Shown: positions 58,094 through 64,000 of the stretch, one piece after another
Layout of the letters: every line of letters starts with the position of its first letter
How positions within the stretch are numbered: position 1 is the first letter of the stretch
Virus record (IMG/VR): IMGVR_UViG_3300022752_000048
Span: 15,377-79,376 of that record
From: a virus
Length of the DNA stretch: 64,000 nt
Direction: 5' to 3' (one strand)
The notes under the pieces: model-generated
Databases searched by the model: none
Seen by the model: only the letters and a program-made list of their open reading frames with translations
Told to the model about the DNA's origin: nothing
Program-made: the position numbers and the translations under genes

Positions 58094-59071
58094 ATGAAAA
58101 AAAGCGAACTATTTCAGAACATCGATACACTGATGACTGAAGTTTTAGATCTCAAGAAATCTTGGGATTCTAAGATGGAAAAGGCTGAAGATGAACCAAG
58201 CGATGCGCAAGAAGATGCAATTCATATGGCTGATCACGGAGAAAGTGAAGAAGGTTTAGCTGAATATGCTAAAAAACTTTCTGACAAAGAACTTCATGAA
58301 CTAATCTCTTCGCTTGTTGAAGAAGCTGAAGGCCGTAGTGGCGAAGAAAATGGCGAAGAGCCAGCTGAAAAGCCAGAAATGGAAGAGGCTGAGGAAGAAA
58401 AGCCTGCCGAAGGAGCGGAAGAGCAGGGCGAAGATGCAGAAGATGAAGAAGAGGCACCAGAGTCTGAAGAATCCGAAGGCGGAGATCTTGACTCTAAAGT
58501 TGCTGAACTTTCTGACGAAGAAATCCATACTTTAATGGCAGCTGTTCAGGCTGAACTGGCAAAACGTGGAGGCGATTCTTCCGAAAAACCAGAAAGCCTA
58601 GAAATGTCTATGGATTGGAAGAAAGTAAAGGCTGACCCAAAAGCTCCTTCGGAAGAGCAAAGCAAGAAGCACGAAGAGTGGCTAGCTAGCAAAAAGAAGG
58701 AAGAGGATGGGTCTTCTGAAAAGATGGAGAAAAGCTTAAAGGCTGCTCTTAAGAAGATTGATGATCTAACTGCTCAGGTTGCTGCTCTTAAGAAGAGCAG
58801 TGCAAAAAAGATTGAGCATGGAACTTCTGTTCCTGTTCAAAAATATGCAGATCCAAAAATTACTGTACTTGAAAAATCCTCATCAGATTCTTCAAAGGAG
58901 GTAATGACTGGTGTAACTTTGGCTAACTGGCTCATCAGCGAGCAGGCTTCTGGCAACAAGAAGGTCAACTCTGATCTAGTTACTAAGGCAAATCTTGCTA
59001 AGTCTGTTGAAGACGCTAGCGAATTTTACAAAGAACTAGAAAGAATCGGTATTAAAGCTCCTCGTTCATAA
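58094..59071 (+). CDS. Acidic scaffold-like head protein
   Basis: Very E/D-rich, duplicated LSD(K/E)E(L/I)H helix, many (L/M)xK(S/A) motifs. Confidence 0.6.
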   Translation: MKKSELFQNIDTLMTEVLDLKKSWDSKMEKAEDEPSDAQEDAIHMADHGESEEGLAEYAKKLSDKELHELISSLVEEAEGRSGEENGEEPAEKPEMEEAEEEKPAEGAEEQGEDAEDEEEAPESEESEGGDLDSKVAELSDEEIHTLMAAVQAELAKRGGDSSEKPESLEMSMDWKKVKADPKAPSEEQSKKHEEWLASKKKEEDGSSEKMEKSLKAALKKIDDLTAQVAALKKSSAKKIEHGTSVPVQKYADPKITVLEKSSSDSSKEVMTGVTLANWLISEQASGNKKVNSDLVTKANLAKSVEDASEFYKELERIGIKAPRS

Positions 59072-59104
59072 CCCTATCCCTCCCCTATGAACTAGGAATT
59101 TCGC

Positions 59105-59137
59105 CCCCCAAGATTTTTCTTGGGGGTTTTCTTTTTT
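59105..59137 (+). terminator. Rho-independent terminator
   Basis: CCCCCAAGA-TTTT-TCTTGGGGG followed by TTTTCTTTTTT. Confidence 0.9.
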
Positions 59138-59172
59138 ATTAAATCCGCTTACCATTACTGGCAGAGGTACTT

Positions 59173-59445
59173 ATGGAACCAAAGCTGATACGTCTATTGT
59201 GTAAATCCTGTCGACATACTTTGCTTTGCTGGGAAGACAAAAAACCTGCTAATTGTACAAAATGCCATTCGACAGAATTAAAGCTTGTTGTTTCTGCGGC
59301 TACTGTGCCGGTTACAACGGGTCACATGGTGGAATACCAATATGACAATGTAGATACTATAGACTCATTTATTTCCGAGCAGGCTAGTATCGAAGAACAA
59401 GAACGCGATCTAGAAAAATTAGGCAAAGGACGCAGGAATACATGA
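59173..59445 (+). CDS. Zn-ribbon protein
   Basis: CKSC...CTKC; ATGA-coupled to the helicase gene. Confidence 0.7.
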   Translation: MEPKLIRLLCKSCRHTLLCWEDKKPANCTKCHSTELKLVVSAATVPVTTGHMVEYQYDNVDTIDSFISEQASIEEQERDLEKLGKGRRNT

Positions 59446-60806
59446 GCTCTGAAATTAAAGATAATATTGTTAATTTTGACGCTAGGTTTCTTAAGGGCGC
59501 TATCCTTCGTCTAGTCTTACAACCTGCCATGATTGACAAATATCGTGAATATTTGTATCCGGAAATGTTTGATATTGGTGACGAACACCAATCTCTGTTT
59601 CGGATTGCGAAGGTACTCTTAGATCGTTCTAAGAATGAACCGGTATCGATGGAAACCTTGCTTGGGTGGTTGAATCTGCAGCCGTCCGGTGAAGGTCGAG
59701 ATGCTAGTATGCAAATGGCAGAGAAAATGCGTTTGGATACAGATCTGTATAAGTTTGCGCAGAATGACGGCTACTTTGCCGAGTTCTTGCGATACCTCAA
59801 AGCTCAAACTTTTATTAACTCGCATAAGTCGGTTACTAAAAAATTCAAGAACACCGATTTTGATTCTGCCTATCGTGATCTAGAAGTTACACTTAGCAAA
59901 ATTAAATCAATTGGTACCGAGGAAGAAGAAACTGTAAACTGGGAAACTGCTCATAAGTTTTTGGAAGAAAACTCTCAAAAACGTTACAAACGCTTTAAGA
60001 TTGGTATCGCTGATTTTGATACTATGGCTGGATTTGAAGAACAGTCAATGAACTTATTTATTTCCACTTCTGGTGGCGGCAAGAGTATGATGTCCATCCA
60101 TCTTATTGTTCAAGCCGTACGCCAGCAAAAGCACGTACATGCAATATTTGTGGAAGACCGTCAGCCCACGATACTTCGCCGTTTGTATGCCAATATGACC
60201 GGCATCCCAATTAATGAATTGTCTAAATATACGGACTTATCTCAAGATAAAAAGAATGCAATTCGTGCCGCATCTTTAGAAATGCAAAAATATGTAACAA
60301 TCGATTTTGTGTATCAGAATCCGCCATCATCTATTTTGCAAAAAATTTCAGAAAAGAACCGCGAACGAAGAAACCAAGGTTTGCCGGAAAACAAAGTTGT
60401 AATCATTGACTATATTCAGCATATTGGGCATATGGCTCCCGGAGATAGTATGCATGAAAAACTGCATCGAGCCATGGCGGACTTTAAAGATTTTTGTTTA
60501 AAACATCACATGATTGGTTTTACGCATTTCCAAGTAAACCGTTCGGGCGCTGCGATGCTACGCAATAACGATGAAAACCAACTAATTGACATGAGCATGA
60601 TTTCTGGATCATATAATGCTTGCTTTGTGGCGGATAATATTATTTCTATTAATAGAACTCCACAGATGCGAATTGATAACGAAGCTGTTTTATACGTTAT
60701 CAAAGGGCGAGAAGGGTGTAATGAAAATAAATACAAAGTTAAAACGGATTTCGCGTATGGTGTCTATCGAATGGAAACGGCAGAAAAACTTGAAGATGTT
60801 CTCTGA
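59442..60806 (+). CDS. dnaB: DnaB-like replicative helicase
   Basis: STSGGGKS Walker A, FVED, IIDYIQ, QVNRSG, ADNIISIN and KGREG. Confidence 0.9.
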   Translation: MSSEIKDNIVNFDARFLKGAILRLVLQPAMIDKYREYLYPEMFDIGDEHQSLFRIAKVLLDRSKNEPVSMETLLGWLNLQPSGEGRDASMQMAEKMRLDTDLYKFAQNDGYFAEFLRYLKAQTFINSHKSVTKKFKNTDFDSAYRDLEVTLSKIKSIGTEEEETVNWETAHKFLEENSQKRYKRFKIGIADFDTMAGFEEQSMNLFISTSGGGKSMMSIHLIVQAVRQQKHVHAIFVEDRQPTILRRLYANMTGIPINELSKYTDLSQDKKNAIRAASLEMQKYVTIDFVYQNPPSSILQKISEKNRERRNQGLPENKVVIIDYIQHIGHMAPGDSMHEKLHRAMADFKDFCLKHHMIGFTHFQVNRSGAAMLRNNDENQLIDMSMISGSYNACFVADNIISINRTPQMRIDNEAVLYVIKGREGCNENKYKVKTDFAYGVYRMETAEKLEDVL

Positions 60807-60916
60807 AGTGTATTTGCATAATCAAAACAATGTTTTAAATATTTAATACCCAAATTTTTAAATACCCAAGCGACAATAGAACTCTAGTCTAGACTTCTAA
60901 TGGGAGCATTTTTTCG

Positions 60917-61897
60917 ATGCAAGCTTTGCCAAAAATTTTGCAGAAACGCACCAATTTTAGACCATTCGTGTATCCAACTGCATTTGATATTTTTGAAAAA
61001 CAGCAGAAAGCTCATTGGACTCCTTCCGAAGTTGAGATGGACGCAGATGTTCATCAATATCACACAGAATTTTCTGAAAAAGAAAAACATGCAATCACAA
61101 CAATTCTAAAAATTTTCACGCAAACAGAAAACATTGTTGCCGATTATTGGACAAACGTAGTGGCAAAATGGTTTGTACAACCAGAAATTTGTATGATGGC
61201 AAACACGTTTGCTTCATTCGAAGCAATTCACGCACAAGCATATGACAAACTCAACACTGCTCTTGGATTAGATACAAAAGAATTTTATTTGTCATTTCTT
61301 GATGACGAAAATTTAAAACACAAAACTGAATTTATTGAATCCAAAATGAAGATCAACGATGTAAGCAGCCTGCCGTTATCCCTTGCCGTTTTTTCTGGAT
61401 TTACAGAAGGTGTTTCGTTGTTTAGCTCGTTTGCAATTCTATTAAATTTTCAACGTTTTAATAAACTAAAAGACGTGGCAAATATTATTAGCTGGTCTAT
61501 TCGTGATGAAAGTTTACATTCGTCTGCAGGATGCTGGTTGTTTAGAACGCTTATTGCTGAAATGGATTATTCTAAAGAGCAAATAGCTGTTCTTGAAGAA
61601 CAAGTCAAAACAGCTGCAGAGCATATCCATGATATGGAAATGATTTATATCGATAAAATCTTCTTGGAAGATGATCTTGAAGGACTGAAGAAAGACGATA
61701 TGAAAAATTTTATCAAGCACCGAATTAATCAAAAAATGCGTGATCTAGGATTTAGTGATATTTATGCTAACCTTCCAACAGATAAAGTCGGTTCGTGGTT
61801 TAATCCTCTAAACCAAGCCGTAGAATTTGTGGACTTCTTTGAAGCACGATCTACAAATTATGTCAAAGGTTGGAATTTCGGCAACATTGGCTGGTAA
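60917..61897 (+). CDS. nrdB: Ribonucleotide reductase class I beta subunit
   Basis: HWTPSEV, EAIHAQAY, EGVSLFSSF, RDESLH and DFFEARSTNY. Confidence 0.97.
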   Translation: MQALPKILQKRTNFRPFVYPTAFDIFEKQQKAHWTPSEVEMDADVHQYHTEFSEKEKHAITTILKIFTQTENIVADYWTNVVAKWFVQPEICMMANTFASFEAIHAQAYDKLNTALGLDTKEFYLSFLDDENLKHKTEFIESKMKINDVSSLPLSLAVFSGFTEGVSLFSSFAILLNFQRFNKLKDVANIISWSIRDESLHSSAGCWLFRTLIAEMDYSKEQIAVLEEQVKTAAEHIHDMEMIYIDKIFLEDDLEGLKKDDMKNFIKHRINQKMRDLGFSDIYANLPTDKVGSWFNPLNQAVEFVDFFEARSTNYVKGWNFGNIGW

Positions 61898-61928
61898 GAA
61901 TTTAATCTTCTACAAGAGAATAAAATCT

Positions 61929-63596
61929 ATGAAATTAAAAGAACTGAAGTCTTCTTTCGAAGCACCCCAATGGCTCACTGAAGAAGGATTTATTACCCTC
62001 TCAAAGGGATATTTACTCCCTGGAGAAACCCCCAAGGGTATGTACAGGCGTGTTGCTAAGGCTGCTGCTTCGTATTTGCCAAATGATCAAAAGAAATGGG
62101 AAGAAGATTTCTTTAATATTATTTGGAGCAACTGGCTTTGCCTTGCCACTCCAATTGCTTCAAACTTTGGTGCTGATCGTGGTCTACCTATTAGCTGTTT
62201 TGGTAGTTATGTTGACGACAGTATCTATTCTATCTTTGATAAGAACCTTGAAGTTGCAGTTCTTAGCAAGCACGGCGGTGGTACTTCGAGTTTCCTTGGT
62301 GATGTGCGCGGACGTGGCTCTCTGATTAATGGTGGTGGCTCTAGCAACGGTACTACTAGTTGGGTCGAAGTATTGCGTACAACCGTTAACCAGGTATCAC
62401 AAAACGGTATTCGCCGTGGCCAACACGCTACATATATTCCAATCGATCACGGTGATTTTGATGAATTTGTTGATGTAAGAAAACATTTAGATGGTATCCA
62501 TCTTGGCGTAACTGTTAGTGATGCTTTCTTACAAAAATGTGAAAACGGAGACCAAGAAGCACTGCGCCGTTGGTTCAAATTGCTCAAAGCAAGAATGGAA
62601 ACCGGCGAACCATACATTCTTTTTATCGACAGAGTCAACAAACAAAATCCGCCAATGTACAAAGCAAATGATTTAAGCGTTAAGGCTAGTAATCTTTGTT
62701 CGGAAATTGTTTTGCATTCCGACGCTGATCATTCTTTTGTTTGCTGTTTGTCGTCTATGAACTTGGCAAAATGGGATGAATGGAAAGACACAAACGCTGT
62801 ATTTGTTGCGACCGTGTTTCTTGATTGCGTAATGGAAGAATTTATTCGCAAGGCATTTAAAATTCGCGGAATTGAAGCCGCTGTGCGTTTTGCGCAAAAG
62901 TCAAGAGCACTTGGACTAGGTGTATTGGGATACCATACGTATTTACAACATAATATGATTCCGTTTGATAGCCTTCAGGCAAGAATCTTCAATCATACTT
63001 GGGCCAAATACATCAAAAACGAAGCACAAAAGGCAACCGAGTGGATGGCGATGGAGCTTGGCGAACCCGAGTGGTGCAAAGGATTCGGTGTTCGCAACAC
63101 GCACTTGCTTGCAGTTGCTCCTACCACATCTAATGCGATTATTTCAGGCGGCGTTTCGCAGGGAATAGAACCGATTGTAGCTAACGCTTATGTGCAAAAA
63201 ACAGCTAAAGGTACTTTCATTAGGAAAAACCCTACTCTCGAGCAATATCTAGATAAACTAGGTTTAAATACTGACGATATTTGGGAAAAAATTATCGATA
63301 ATAACGGTAGTGTTTCGGATATCATTGGTATTAGCGAAGAAGCCAAAGAAGTATTTAAAACTGCTTATGAAATTAACCAAAAAGAAATTATTTTTCAGGC
63401 TAACCAACGACAGAAATACATTTGCCAAGCACAATCGCTAAATTTGTTTTTTGACGCAAATGAAAGTCCTGAGTGGATTCACAAAATTCACAAAGAAGCT
63501 GCTATGATGCCAAACATTAAGTCTTTGTATTATGTAAGATCGATGGCCGGTATCAAAGCTGAAAAAGCTGAGGGTTGTAAAAGCTGCGAAGGTTAG
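61929..63596 (+). CDS. nrdA: Ribonucleotide reductase class I alpha subunit (no ATP cone)
   Basis: LATP, PISCF, GGGTS, GEPYILF.D, SNLCSEI, APTTS, QAQSLN, KSLYY and C-terminal CKSCEG. Start taken at ATG 61929. Confidence 0.97.
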   Translation: MKLKELKSSFEAPQWLTEEGFITLSKGYLLPGETPKGMYRRVAKAAASYLPNDQKKWEEDFFNIIWSNWLCLATPIASNFGADRGLPISCFGSYVDDSIYSIFDKNLEVAVLSKHGGGTSSFLGDVRGRGSLINGGGSSNGTTSWVEVLRTTVNQVSQNGIRRGQHATYIPIDHGDFDEFVDVRKHLDGIHLGVTVSDAFLQKCENGDQEALRRWFKLLKARMETGEPYILFIDRVNKQNPPMYKANDLSVKASNLCSEIVLHSDADHSFVCCLSSMNLAKWDEWKDTNAVFVATVFLDCVMEEFIRKAFKIRGIEAAVRFAQKSRALGLGVLGYHTYLQHNMIPFDSLQARIFNHTWAKYIKNEAQKATEWMAMELGEPEWCKGFGVRNTHLLAVAPTTSNAIISGGVSQGIEPIVANAYVQKTAKGTFIRKNPTLEQYLDKLGLNTDDIWEKIIDNNGSVSDIIGISEEAKEVFKTAYEINQKEIIFQANQRQKYICQAQSLNLFFDANESPEWIHKIHKEAAMMPNIKSLYYVRSMAGIKAEKAEGCKSCEG

Positions 63597-63622
63597 TCAT
63601 AATATTCTCAATTTGGCATTAT
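63594..63622 (+). promoter_or_regulatory. Candidate sigma70-like promoter
   Basis: TAGTCA-17 nt-CATTAT with TG extension, upstream of a GGAGG RBS. Confidence 0.4.
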
Positions 63623-63637
63623 TGTCGTGGAGGGTGT

Positions 63638-64000
63638 ATGAATTTATTTGTTATTGGTAACCAAAAAGAAAGCGCTCAAGCTCTTGATGACCGTCGTTTG
63701 GTAAAAATGACGGTTGAAACTTTACAGTTGTTTGCATATGCCATGAACAACTTGGAAATTCCCGACTCGTTTTATCCAATTTCAAAAGAAACTGGCCTAC
63801 CTTACAAGTCGAAAAACTCACATACTAAGCATCCAGTAACCTTGTGGCTACAAAAATCGGTTGGAAATTTTGACTGGATGTTTATTTATCTGCAAGAAAT
63901 GATGGCAGAGTATGAACATCGTTTCAATAAACCTTCATTTGTTGACCCAATTAATCTAGAACGCATTCAATCTGCTAGAAACTTGTGGCCAATTGGTGAA
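63638..64000 (+). CDS. Pyrimidine-dimer DNA glycosylase / endonuclease V-like (truncated by window edge)
   Basis: Manual translation MNLFVIG..KESAQALDDRRLVKMTVETLQL...HTKHPVTLW...GNFDW...EYEHRF. Confidence 0.8.
   Translation, partial: MNLFVIGNQKESAQALDDRRLVKMTVETLQLFAYAMNNLEIPDSFYPISKETGLPYKSKNSHTKHPVTLWLQKSVGNFDWMFIYLQEMMAEYEHRFNKPSFVDPINLERIQSARNLWPIGE

Noticed and set aside
60840-60900. Possible NrdR box upstream of nrdB (AGTCTAGACT palindrome, repeated AATACCCAA)
   Set aside because: Does not match the NrdR consensus well and is too short to distinguish from chance.
1-64000. Stop-codon reassignment, tRNA genes, self-splicing introns
   Set aside because: Conserved genes are full length in code 11 and end in TAA, TAG or TGA. 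Intergenic gaps are short and show no cloverleaf or intron core by eye; tRNAscan/Infernal would be needed to be certain.

Overview
This 64-kb window is AT-rich, densely coding (standard code 11) and comes from a large contractile-tailed (myovirus/jumbo-type) bacteriophage, probably of a Gram-negative host. Positions 1-30 kb (minus strand) are a tail/baseplate module: a LysM/gp25-like wedge, a giant 2325-aa baseplate-J protein, further wedge proteins, at least 7 mosaic tail-fibre/tip genes and an embedded 2OG-Fe(II) oxygenase. Positions 30-50 kb hold a DnaE-type DNA polymerase, a lysis cassette, a putative thymidine-hypermodification cluster and T4-like recombination/repair genes (RecA/UvsX, UvsY-like, gp32-like SSB, HNH, SbcC/SbcD). 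Positions 50-64 kb (plus strand) hold an AEP-like protein, a degenerate DNA methyltransferase, a GroEL-like chaperonin, head/structural proteins, a DnaB-like helicase, nrdB-nrdA and a truncated pyrimidine-dimer glycosylase. Three observations stand out. (1) A base-modification cluster combines an amino acid:DNA transferase (ADDT), a FAD oxidoreductase, a P-loop kinase and a deaminase with an amidoligase plus LMW phosphatase, which suggests an undescribed modified thymidine. (2) DnaE appears split, without an intein, into two genes 13 kb apart on opposite strands, cut inside the HhH region. (3) The gene in the spanin position of the lysis cassette has an N-terminal TM helix, a charged linker and four C-terminal outer-membrane beta strands, making it a candidate new unimolecular spanin. 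All family assignments come from motif recognition by eye; no database searches were run. No tRNA, rRNA, CRISPR array or reverse transcriptase was seen.
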